Shown here one piece after another: positions 1 through 11,600 of a stretch of 64,000 bases of DNA. The stretch is from Scyliorhinus canicula (Eukaryota). Within the stretch, counting starts at the first letter, position 1. Every line of letters begins with the position of its first letter. The stretch is taken from contig NW_024055447.1 in assembly GCF_902713615.1 (NCBI RefSeq), forward strand, positions 799,072 through 863,071. Direction: 5' to 3'. Position numbers and translations under genes: made by a program. Under the pieces are notes generated by a model. It ran no database searches. It saw only the letters and a program-made list of their open reading frames with translations, and was not told the DNA's origin.

Positions 1-659
1 ACGCACACCCACAATTTCCCATTCAACTTAAGATCCCATCTTAACTTCCTTGGAGGCTTTGGAGACAATGACCCCAACCGTCTTTCAGCTGGTATAATGA
101 ACCAACAAATTCGCCCCAACATCATGTACGTTAAGTTGAATGTTAAATTTCCTATGGGCTCCATACAGGGCCCAGGAAACACTCCTCCATTAAACAAACA
201 TGAACAAAAACGCGCGACCAGGGATTCAGCCGCTTTGCTCTGGTGCTGACCTCACTGCGCAAGAATTAGCCACCAACACCTGCAATGAGTTAAACCTTAG
301 ATTATAGCGGCTCCGCAGAAGGCGATGTGAAAGTACATTTGTGGAAATGAATTATTGACCCCTCAACATCATGGATCATACCTGACAACGACATTTTCAT
401 AGTAACTGCAATTGCAAAGTCTGGCCAGCAGATGGAATTTAAATCGAGATGCTTTACATTACATGAAGCAGCCATTGCCTCAATAATTACTGCACTAATC
501 CCTGTCTCTGTTAATTTTAAATTGGACTCCATCTGTATTTTTGTTAGACTAGACCCTGCCTTTGTTTATAATACAGGACACTCTGTTTCTATTAGTACTG
601 CACCGGTACATGTCAATGTTTATATCACACAATCACTGTGATCCTATTTTTAATGCAGT

Positions 660-2060
660 TCACCAACATCCAGTCCTGAATAGTAATGCACAATTAAACA
701 AATAGCCGGAGCAGGAGCCTCAACACAATTCCCCTCTTCAATGATGCGGAAGTCTAGCACATCAGTGCAAAAAACAAGATTGAAAGTTCCTGCCAGAGGT
801 GCCGAGAGGATGATCCATCTCGGCCTACTCCGGTGGTCTGCATCATCATGGATGTCAGTCTTCAGGAAATTAGATCCCTCCACACGATATCAAGAAATGG
901 CTGAAAGCGCTGCAAACGTTATTAGACCTGGCAACATTATATCAACAATTCTGATGATTTGTGTTCCAGAACTGGCTGGGCCCCAGAAAACTTGCTCCAG
1001 TGCAGGCACAGCACTGACATGTACCCAACAATGTGTAACATTGGCAAACATGACCCGTCCACATAAGGCAGGATAAATCCAACCCAGCCAATTATTTCCC
1101 GATCAGTCCGCCTTTGATCCATCAGGAACTTTATAAAAAGTGTCAAGGATCATCCAGTAACGTATAGTGTCCTGGGATAGTGTCCCCGGCCCTAGCTTCA
1201 TCCTTCATCATAAGGTCAGAAGTGAGGATGTTCGCTGATGATTACCCAATGTTCTGCACCATATTCAACTCCTCAAATACTGAAGCAGTTTGTCTTCAAA
1301 TGCAGCAAGCCGTGGACAACATTCCGGCTTGGGCTGGCAAGTATCAGGCAATCACCATCCCAAAAATCTCTTCTAGATTTGAAATTATACCACCGTGATT
1401 GAACCCCCCACCATCAATATCCTAGGGATTATAATTTCTCAAAAACTGAACATTTAAAAAATATGGCTACAAGAGCAGGTCAGTGGCTGAAAATTCTGCA
1501 GTGAGTAACTCACCTCGCGACTTCCCAACCCCCATCCATCATCTATACGGCAGAAGTCAGGTGTTTGACTGAATATTCTCCATTGGTCTTACGTGTGCCC
1601 CTTAAGCAACACGTGAGATCTTGACACCATCCAGGGCAGAGCAGATGGCTCGACGAACACCCCATCCACCAACTTCAACATTCTCTCCCTGCATCACGGG
1701 TGCACAATTCTAGTAGCTTGAATGACGCACAAGGATCTAATGCAGCAACTGCCTCCTCCTGTAGCACCTTCCAACACAGGAACTCAGCCATCTAAAAGGA
1801 CCAGGCCCGGCAGATGCATTGTAACAGCAGGACCTGCAAGTTACCCACCAGGCCTCACACCATCTTGATGGGAACTATGTCTCTGTTCCTTCACTGTCAC
1901 TGGTCAAAATCCTGGAACTCCCTTCCTGTCAGCTCTGTGGGTGTACGTACTCAGTATGGAGTGCAATGGTTCAATAAGAGGGCTCAACACCACATTCTCA
2001 AGGGAAATGAGGAATTGACAGCAAATGTTGACGTTACTGGCAACTCAAAGATCCCATTAA
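660..2060 (+). mobile_element. Degenerate non-LTR retrotransposon (CR1/L2 group) ORF2/RT fragment with 3' end
   Basis: Broken frames give ICVPELAGP (CAPELA.P-like) and VRMFADDYPMF...AVDNIPAWAGKYQ (RT FADD motif). The same family recurs at 62.1-62.7 kb. Confidence 0.7.
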
Positions 2061-2597
2061 ATCATTTTAAACATATAATTTTCTGCTTACATTCACCTTG
2101 CCCCCGCCTCTGTTTACATTACACTCGGCCATGTCTCGAGCACATTGCAGCAGGTCCTGGCTCAGTTTTCCTGCACTCGGCTGAATATCAGTAATTAAAG
2201 ATCCGGGGCCCACACCCTGTTTATATTACAAATCCGTAATTATGATGCACTGACCCATGTCTTGGTTAGTCTAGTAAGAAACACGTCACAATGGTTACAG
2301 CATCAGAACGTTTTTCTGTGCATTGTAACTGGAACAACATTCTGTTTGCATCACAAGTTGTTCGGTCTCAGTTATTGTCAATGTCAAATTCCAGTAAACA
2401 CAATCCTGCTTTAGTTAATGCCACACATGTGCATGCCCCTGTTTATATAATACTAGGCCCTGCCTCTGTTATTCTTGGATTGTACGATATCCCTCTTATT
2501 GCTGCATTGATCATGTCCCAATTTGTATCAATCTGCATTCCGCTAGACCAGAATTCAGTTGATATTGCACTTGGCCCAGTCTCTGCTTATGCCTTCG

Positions 2598-3100
2598 GCG
2601 GAGGGTGGCGCAGTGGGGAGCACTGCTGCCTCATAGCGCCGGGGTTCAATTCCTGACTGTTTGCGTGGAGTTTTTACTTTCTCCCTGTGTCTGAGTGGCT
2701 TTCCTCCAGGTGTGGAGATGCCGGCGTTGGACTGGGGTGAGCACAGTAAGAAGTCTTACAACACCAGGTTAAAGTCCAACAGGTTTGTTTCAAACACGAG
2801 CTTTCGGAGCACGGCTCCATTCACCTGAAGAAGGAGCCGTGCTCCGAAAGCTCGTGTTTGACACAAACCTGTTGGACTTTAACCTGGTGTTGTAAGACTT
2901 CTTACCTTCCTCCAGGTGCTCCGGTTTCCTCCCATAGTCCGAATATGTACAGGTTAGGTGGATTGGCCATTCGAAATTGCCCCTCGGTGTCCAAGGATGC
3001 ATAGGTCATGGTGCAAGGGCGGGGGATTGAGGAGGGTGATATTTCAGAGGTTGGTGCAGATGCAATGGGCCGAGTGGCCTTCTGCCTTGTAGGGATTCTG
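2598..3100 (+). mobile_element. tRNA-derived SINE (HE1/V-SINE-like) interrupted by a nested insertion
   Basis: A/B-box-like head (gggttcaattcc), V-domain ggtgctccggtttcctcccatagtcc, tail gggccgagtggcct. Interrupted at 2713-2906. Confidence 0.75.
2713..2906. mobile_element. Palindromic Penelope-derived short element with 12-bp target-site duplication
   Basis: 71-bp inverted arms at 2748-2818 and 2833-2903 (1 mismatch). TTCCTCCAGGTG is duplicated at 2701-2712 and 2907-2918. Related partial copies lie at ~7085-7250, ~24930-25055 and ~45108-45195. Confidence 0.75.
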
Positions 3101-4389
3101 TATTTGATCCTGATTCTAGCCTACTTTTTCCGAGACCTGCGCATTTTTATTAATGCACTGAATGGTACCTCTGCTTTTTACTGTGGCCGCATTATTGCAG
3201 ATGTCTTTGAGATGGAAAGCTAATATAATAATACATATTTTGGACGATAAATCAGTATATGATAACAACCTGCAACGGATGTATAGTGTATACAGTGTAT
3301 GCTATGCAACATTTGATATACATTTTCAATGCAGTCAGCAGAATTAAATTTAAGATATAATTTCCTCTTTGCTGGTGCCCAAGACCAATTCCTACCCCAG
3401 AGAGTTGTATGTGTAGGAGGATGCAGAGTATTGTGTTCCCATGTGATTGTTGCCCTTGTGATTCTCGGAGGTCTCGGGTATGGAAGGTGCTGTTGAAGAA
3501 ATCTTGGCGAGTTGCTGCAGTGCATCCCATCGATGTTACACAATGCAGCTACTGTGTGCCTGCTGTGAAGAGAATGAAGTTGCTGTAACATTAGCTTCTG
3601 TCTCAGTTATTTATTTAATTGTCCTTTGTTTATGTTACACAATTACAACTAGTCCATTCCCTTAGTTTATTGCATTAGGCCCAGGGAATAGAAGTTAGGC
3701 TGTACAATTTGAAGTGGCTGCAAGAAGATCAGAGATCTGTGGTTGTAAGTACACACATCTAGGGTGCTGACAAGACAGACGATGACGTTTATCTGGACAT
3801 AGATCAGCATTGCTCTCTAAAGAATTTTAGACTATCACTGTTCCCTCAGTTTTTTTTAATCTTCACAATTTCCACCTCAGCCATTTTCCAAATTACTATG
3901 CATGGTCTACCGCAGCAATTACTGAGGCCGGGTAATATGAAGAGACATGGCCCAGCGCAGAACTGAGGCTTTATCTAATGTAATACAAACAGAGACAGGT
4001 TTAAATTACTAGAAACAGAGTCAGGTTCTAGGTTAATGTAAAGAGAGACAAACAGGGTCCCTAAGTCCAAAACATGGAGGAGCGGAATTAGGCCATTCAA
4101 CACATCGCGACTGCTCCGCCATTAAATCATGGCCAATATGTTCCTAATCCCCATTCTCCTGCCTTCTCCCAATAACTCCTGAATGCCTCGTTGATCAAGA
4201 CATGTCCTCTAATTGGTGGCCTAGTTTAATATGAACAAAGATAAATAGGCTCTTATTTAATATAAACTGACAAAGGTACAAGGTAGTATAACATAAACAG
4301 AGACGGGCTCACGGCCTGGTACAAAACAGCGGCAGGGCCTAGTGTCCCTTCAAATACTAGCAGGACAGGGGCATCACAGGTTGGAGACA

Positions 4390-4930
4390 AAGAGAAACTC
4401 CCTGACACTGTCCCCAGCAAACATTCTCAGAGCAGCTGCAGATTGTTTAGATATAGAATGAAATTCCCTCTACATAACTCGCTCAAACATATTAAAGGCC
4501 GAAAAACCAAAGGTTCTATATCAGGTAAAACCTCTTCTGCCCTCTTCCTTCAGAGATCTCCAAGACAGGTTGACAGTGGGGTTAGTTACAGGGTAAGAAA
4601 CCTCTGCATTTTCCTATCAAACTCACCCAGGTCAGGTACAGCACTGTTCAGATACGGAGTATATCTCCCTATGCACAGTGAGATCAAACACTCACAGGGC
4701 AGGTTCAGTGCACGTTACATGCAAGTAAACTTGCTCTACACTCTTCAGTCAAATGCTCCAAGGTCTCGGCAGCTGGATAAAGTGCAAGGAAAGATTCTTC
4801 TGCCTTGCCACATCAAATCCTCAACCACCACGTGCAGCCCAGATCAGATATAGAGGAAACTTGTCTCTACAGTTCTCATTAAACACCCCAAGATCATTGA
4901 ATACTCCAACCTCATTTTAGCATAAAACTC
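4390..4930. repeat. Degenerate ~68-bp tandem repeat (shark tacagagtaaagctccctctacactgtcc-type)
   Basis: Recurrent variants of ttagatacagagtaaa..ctccctctacact...atcaaacactc.cagg.caggtacagca. A similar array lies at ~23270-23700. Confidence 0.5.
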
Positions 4931-5002
4931 CCTCGCCGGATTCCAATACATTGGATTCGGTGCATTTAGTTGGAAGCCAACGGGGTGAGTTCAGGCTGAG
5001 AG

Positions 5003-5135
5003 GGCTGGTTTAGCTCAGTGGGCTATACAGCTGGTTTGTGATGCAGAACAAGACCAGCAGCGCGCGTTCAATTCCTGTTCCAGCTTACCGGAACAGGCGC
5101 CAGAATGTGACGACATGGGGCTTTTCACAGTAAAA
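5003..5135 (+). mobile_element. Short SINE (gggctggtttagc family), truncated
   Basis: gggctggtttagctcagtggg...gttcaattcc...gggcttttcacagtaa. Absent from duplicate copy 2. Confidence 0.7.
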
Positions 5136-5899
5136 TTGTTATTATTGTTGCCACATGTCGATTAAAGACAATGACCCTTCGTGGAGAGACATGAGATAGA
5201 ACCAGATATGAGAAAGACATAGAGAGAGATAGGATACAGGAAAATTCTACGAACACACTTGCATGCTCTCATATTTAGAGATTAGAGGGGATCTTTCCTA
5301 ATTATGAACATGGATATCATAATGACATTTTTCTCATATAACTGATTCATAAAAAAATGTCGAAAAATAAACACTACTGGAATCCGTTGATCTATTTCCA
5401 TCTTTGGCTCTATTTCTGTGCTGTGTTGGTGGGGAAACATTTGTTTCTCTTTTCTCAGTCCGCAATCTGATCTGGAACTTCTATTTCTGTGTTTATTTAC
5501 ATAAACACCTCACTGGTCACAATGAAATGTTCATGTCAGCAAAACGAGATAAACACATTCACATATTGATCAGTTTTACCTCAAAATAGCGGTTTATTTT
5601 AGGAATATTGACAGTAGGTTAAAATGAATAGAAACTTCCATTAGAACAGATGTTACTTAATTGAAATAAAAAAATACTTTAAATTAAGTATTCATTCTGA
5701 AAGTTCTGATGCCTCAATTAATAATGCATCTTTAACCAGCTACTTTTCCACTGAATGTTAATTTGATTGAAATATTAACCGATTTAAAGTAGATAGATTC
5801 AAACATCAGGCAGAGGAGTGATCTATAGTCACATTAATCTCTGATCAGTCGACATATTACAACTTGCATTTTAAAATGTTAACGTTTGGAAAGAGCTTG

Positions 5900-6150
5900 A
5901 TTTTGTAAAACGCTTTACCCGACCTCAGGTCATCCCAAAGCCCTTAAAACTCACTGATATATTTTTGCTGAATTTAGTCACTGCTGTAATGTCGGAAACG
6001 GAGCAGGGAATTTGTGCACAGCAAGCTCCCACAAACTGAGATGTGATAAGTGACCAGCTAATTTGTGATTTTAGATGAAGAATGGACATTGGTCCAAGAT
6101 ACTGGGAAAAGCAGCTCTGCTCTTTAGAATTATATCAGTGAGGTAACCCC
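5900..6150 (+). mobile_element. Ancient DeuSINE-like (SacSINE1/AmnSINE Deu-domain-like) remnant
   Basis: gcacagcaagctcccacaaactgagatgtgataagtgaccagctaat...ccaagatactgggaaaagcagctctgctcttt resembles the Deu core as recalled; not database-checked. A paralogue lies at ~11160-11400. Confidence 0.5.
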
Positions 6151-8324
6151 CCTGAACTGTGAATCTGTTTCTCTCTCTGCTGATGCCCACTGTCCTGCTC
6201 CTCAGTCTTTTTTGTTGTTTTTGTTTTAGATTTCCAGAATCTGCAGCACTTTGCACAGTTTTATATTCATTCACGCCATATAGCCATCATTAACTGTCCA
6301 TCCTGAGAAGCCGGATGTGAACCACCTTTTTGATGAGGTGCACTTCGAGCGATTTTATTCACATTTGACTTTCAGTAGCAGCTTCCCTTCAACTGACTTG
6401 CTTGCTCGGCAATATTAAAGATAGTTAATAGTCAACCACATCACTGTTGAACTAGAGTCACATATAGGCCAGACAGAGTAAGGAAGGAAGCGTTCTTCTC
6501 CTGAAGGACGCTGGTGAACCTGCTGGGCGTTGCGAAATTTCGATTGCTTCGGAAGTATTATAAACGACGCGACGATTTTTGGCTGATTGATTAAGTCATT
6601 CAATAGAAAGTCTCTACAACTGCCACAAAACCATAAGATTTGCAGCAGAACTTGGCCATTCGGCTCATGTAATATGATCCGCCATTCAATGAAATCGTGG
6701 CAAATCTGGTAAAATCCTCAACTCCACATTTCCACTTTATCCCCATAACCCTTGATTCGCTTACTGATTAAAAATCTGTCTGTCTCAGCCTTGAACATAT
6801 TTATTGACCAGGCGAACTCTCTACAGCAAATGATTCTATAGAGGCACTACGCTCTGAGAGAAGAAATTCCTCTTCATCCTCGTCTGAAATGAGTGGCACC
6901 TTACTCTGTGATTGTGTCCTATGGTCCTAAACTCTCCCAAAAGTGGGAACAATCTACAGCATCCACACTGTCAAGCCCCCTGAGAATACTATATATCTCA
7001 GTAACTTCGCCTCTGATTCTTCTAAACTCCAATTCGTGTAGGCCTAACCCACTTAAGCTCTCCCCATTTCAGTCACTGTGGTCACAGTAAGAAGTCTTAC
7101 AACACCAGGTTAAACTCCCTCCTCAGGTGGGAGCAGTGCTCTGAGAGCTAGTGTTTGAAACAAACCTGTTGGACTTTAACCTGGTGTTGTAAGGCTTCTT
7201 ACTGTGTTCACCCCAGTCCAATGCCAGCATCTCCACATCATGGCCACAGTCTCCATGGTGCAATTGGTCAGCGTGTTTGGCTGTTTACCGCAAGGTCTGT
7301 GTTTCAAGGCCAGATTCTTCTTTATTTGCTGACAGGTAGAGTAACGATGGGCCGAGGAGACTCTTTCTGTGCTGTGAAATGCTACCTACCTTTGAAAATC
7401 CCTCCACACTCGGGATTTACCTAAAGAACCTTCTCTGGACTGCCTCTAAAATATCAATCCTTATAAAAGACCAAAACTGTTCACAACATTTCAATATGCC
7501 CTGGTGGAATGTGTACTCCTGTGTATGGAGTATTAGCTCAGGCCTCCAGATTACCCGTTCTGTAATAATATTGCGAGACTATCCAGAAGACTGTAATATC
7601 ACCGCATCGGAAAGATGGAACAATTGAACATTAAACACTCCTTCTGCATTGGATCACAGGTCTGGAGCATGTGCTCAGGTATCTGTTGTGGGAGGTGATA
7701 GTGATTCCACTGAGAAAAGACTGTTAACCTATCATGGTTTGCATTTTGACATTCTGAAATATTGCTCGGTGAATCTAAAGTTCAAACTATGGGTCCAGTC
7801 TTACATGAGTCAATTTAATTTTCAGAGGCTGGTCTTTTACTAGACTTGGGTCTTATTCTGACGGGATGGCAATGGTGAATGGGAATTCCACTGGCTCCAT
7901 ATAAAATATCAGTTATTCCAAAAATAGCACACCAGTCTCTGTTTATATTACACCGAACCATATTCCTGTTGCCTGTCTCGATATTATAAATTATATTATA
8001 TATTTGCTTGTTTGTACGAGTACAATCATTGCTGATTTGGAGATTATATTAATTCTTGTTAATACCTATAAGTAGTTCTCGGAAATGTGTATTTGCTCTG
8101 CTATCATGTGGGTAATATTGAGTTGAATATTTTACCAACGTCCCAGTAATGAACTGGGCTTGAGGGACAGGTCTACATGTGAACATCGCTGCACAGCACT
8201 TTCCAAAAGTTAATGGAAATCTCTGTTTTGTTCAAAATGATGAATTTACTCTTGTATTATACTCTATCCATTGCAAAGTTGTTTCATGGTGAGGATTCTT
8301 TTCCTGCCTCGTTTTAACATAGAC

Positions 8325-8710
8325 ATAGAACAGTACAGCACAGAACAGGCCCTTCGGCCCTCAATGTTGTGCCGAGCCATGATCACCCTACTCAAACCCA
8401 CGTATCCACCCTATACCTGTAACCCAACAACCCCCCCCCCCCCCTTAACCTTACTTTTATTAGGACACTACGGGCAATTTAGCATGGCCAATCCACCTAA
8501 CCCGCACATCTTTGGACTGTGGGAGGAAACCGGAGCACCCGGAGGAAACCCACGCACACAGGGGGAGGACGTGCAGACTCCACACAGACAGTGACCCAGC
8601 CGGGAATCGAACCTGGGACCCTGGAGCTGTGAAGCATTTATGCTAACCACCATGCTACCCTGCTGCCCAGATGCTACCCTGCTGCCCAGTGCTACCCTGC
8701 TGCCCAGTAT
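8325..8710 (-). mobile_element. HE1-like SINE
   Basis: Reverse complement of the full SINE including the CR1-shared tail (acatagaacagtacagcacagaacaggcccttcggccc). Confidence 0.85.
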
Positions 8711-9289
8711 ATTCACTATACGCCTAATATACTGACAGTGTTAGACAGAACAGTGCTCTAACAGAATCACCAGATTGGCACCCACAGGATAAATGTCCGC
8801 CCAATCATAGAACTCTCATCTGGTTAAGAAGAGCAAGTGACTTCACTTCAAAAAAGGATTGGCCGTTCGCATAGGTGTGCATATAAAATATTGTTCTTGG
8901 GTTTTGCAACTGTAATTCATCAAGACATTAAGTTATGTTCAGAATTAATTGTTTCGCTTTGCGATGTCTTCATACGTCTCGGCCCTAAGCTCTGGTATTC
9001 ATTCCCTACTCCTCTTTACCTCAATTCCCTTAATACAATCATCCCAAATAACCAAGTTTTTAATCATCTGACCTATTAAGCCTTTACACATATATTAATC
9101 CAGACCCTGCAGCAGGAATGACTGCAATAGAGCATGCCTCAGTTTATAATATTCCAGACCCTGAATCAATAATCACTGCTTTATATCCTATATCATTTAA
9201 GGGTAATCTCGTCTGCACGAGAACCTGTCTCCGTTTACGTTAGTCTAGACCTTGCATCAGGAATCACTGCACTAGATCCAATCTCAGTA

Positions 9290-9545
9290 GCACAATTGCT
9301 TCACAGCGCCAGAGTCCCAGTCTATGCGGAGTCGGCACGTTCTCCCCATGTCCGCGTGGGTTTCCATTGGGTGCTCCGGCTCCCTCCCACAAGTCCCGAA
9401 AGATGTGCAGTTCTGTAATTTGGACATTCTGAATTCTCCGCCTGTGTACCCAAACAGGCGGCGGAATGTGGCAACTGGGATCTTTTCACAGTGACTTCAT
9501 TGCAGTGCTAATGTCAGCTTACTTGTGATAAAAATATTATTAGAT
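9290..9545 (+). mobile_element. SINE (V-domain plus ttcacagtgacttcattgc tail)
   Basis: gcttcacagcgccagagtcccag...gtgctccggctccctcccacaagtcccgaaag...cacagtgacttcattgcagtg. Confidence 0.65.
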
Positions 9546-10117
9546 TAGTTTCGGTTAATCTCCACCCTATGTGAGTGAAAATCGTTTTAGACCTTGTCAT
9601 AGAGTCATGGAGAGTTAGAGGTTTACAATACAGAAAGATGCCCTTCACCCACCATATCTGCGATGGCAATCAGGTACCTATCTATTCTAAGATAGTCCAT
9701 AGATTGTCTTCCTACCATAAAACTATAAGACACAGGAGCAGAATTCGACGATTAGGCCAATCGAGTGCGCTCCACATTCAATCACGACTATTATGTTTCG
9801 AAAAGTCTATCTCCTGCCTTCGTGCCATAACCCTTGATCCCTTATTAATCAAGAAACTATCTATCTCTGGTTAGAAAGAGGGAAAGATCCTTCGGCACTG
9901 CCACATCAAATCCTCACCACCCTCTTCAGCTCAGGGTAGACACAGGGTAAATGTTTCTCCACAGTTCTCATTAAACACTACAGGGTAATTGAATGCTCCA
10001 ATCACATTTTAGAGTAAAACTCCCTCTATGTATTCCAATTAATTGGATTCGATCCATTTAGTTGGAAGCCAATGGGGTGAGATTGCGCTGAGAGATTATA
10101 TTCGGCACATGTTGACT

Positions 10118-10395
10118 TCATAGAACATAGAACATAGAACAGTACAGCACAGAACAGGCCCTTCGGCCCTCGATGTTGTGCCGAGCAATGATCACCCTAC
10201 TCAAACCCACGTATCCACCCTATACCCGTAACCCAACAACCTCCCCCCCCCCCCCCAACCTTACTTTTTAGGACACTACGGGCAATTTAGCATGGCCAAT
10301 CCACCTAACCCGCACATCTTTGGACTGTGGGAGGAAACCGGAGCACCCGGAGGAAACCCAAGCATACACTGGGAGGATGTGCAGACTCCACACAG
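10118..10395 (-). mobile_element. HE1-like SINE, 5'-truncated
   Basis: Near-identical to the 3' part of the 8325-8710 SINE. Confidence 0.85.
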
Positions 10396-11600
10396 TTGTT
10401 GATTGTCATGTTGTCGATTAAAGGCAATGACCCATTGTGGGGAGACATGAGACAGAACCAGTTAGGAAAAAGGGACAGGTATCAGATGCAGGAGAACTGG
10501 AAAACTTTATGAACATATTTTGCATGTAACTATATTTCGAGATTAGAGGGAATCTTTCCTAATTCTGAACATGGATATCATGATGACCTTTTTCTCATAT
10601 AACTGATGAAGAATCAAATGTCAAAAACAATCATTACTGGAATCCGTTGATCTATTTGCGTGCTTGCCTCTATTTATGTGCTGTGTCGGTGGGGAAATAG
10701 TTGCTGTGCTTTTGTCAGTGTATAATCTAATCTGAGACTGCTATTTCTGTGTTTATTTACATAAACACCTCACTGGTCACAATGAAGTGTTTGCATCAAC
10801 AAAACGAGATAAACAGTCATTTATTGATTAGGTTCAACTTAAAATAGCGGTTTATTTTAAGAATATTGACAGTTGGTAGAAACGTATAGAAACATCCATT
10901 AGAACAGATGTTACTTAATTGAAATTAAAAAATAAATTTAAATTAAGTATTAATTCTGAAAGTTCTAATGCCTCAATTAATAAATCATCTTTAACCAGGC
11001 TGTTATTCCACTGAATATTAATTTAATTGAAACATTAACCGATTTAAAGGAGATAAATTAAAACATCTGGCAGAGGAGTGACCCATAGTCACGTTAATCT
11101 CAGATCTTTCAACATATTGCAACCTGCATTTTAAAATGTAAACGTTTGAAAAGAGCTTGCTTTTGTAAAACGCTTTACCCGACTTCAGGTCACCCCAACG
11201 CTCTTGAAACTCACTGATGTATTTTAGTTGAATTTAGTCACTGCTGTAATGTCGGAAACAGAGCGGAGAATTTGCGCACAGCAAGCTCCCACAAACTGAG
11301 ATGTGATAAGTGACCAGCTAATCTGTGATTTTAGTTCAAGAACGGATGTTGGTCCAAGATACTGGGAAAAGCAGCTCTGCTCTTTACAATTATGCCTGAA
11401 ATGTGAATCTGTTCCTCTCTCTGCTCACTGACCTGCTGAACAGCCTTTTGTTTTGTTTTTGTTTTACATTTCCGGAATCTGCAGCACTTTGCACAGTTTT
11501 TAACATTCATTCTCGGAATATAGCCCTCACTGGCAAAGTCAGCATTAACTGTCCATCCTGAGAAGCCGGATGTGAACCACCTTTTAGATAAGGTGCACTT

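Larger units (their letters stand above)
4780..9215 (+). repeat. Segmental duplication, copy 1
   Basis: Collinear with 9870-18590, e.g. atttatttacataaacacctcactggtcacaatgaa, gctgtaatgtcggaaac and ctggttaagaagagcaa occur in both copies. Confidence 0.9.

Noticed and set aside
1-430. Frames with an RxxR furin-like site followed by small hydrophobic residues (env-like)
   Set aside because: Requires frameshifts, and no diagnostic retroviral motif is present; part of the region recurs at ~61.7 kb as an unidentified repeat.
8271-8716. Recurrent ORFs such as GQFSMANPPNPHIFGLWEETGAPGGNP and GHCLCGVCTSSPCVRGFPPG (also at 15.3, 29.9, 33.0, 40.3, 43.1 and 45.7 kb)
   Set aside because: Translations of SINE copies, not proteins.
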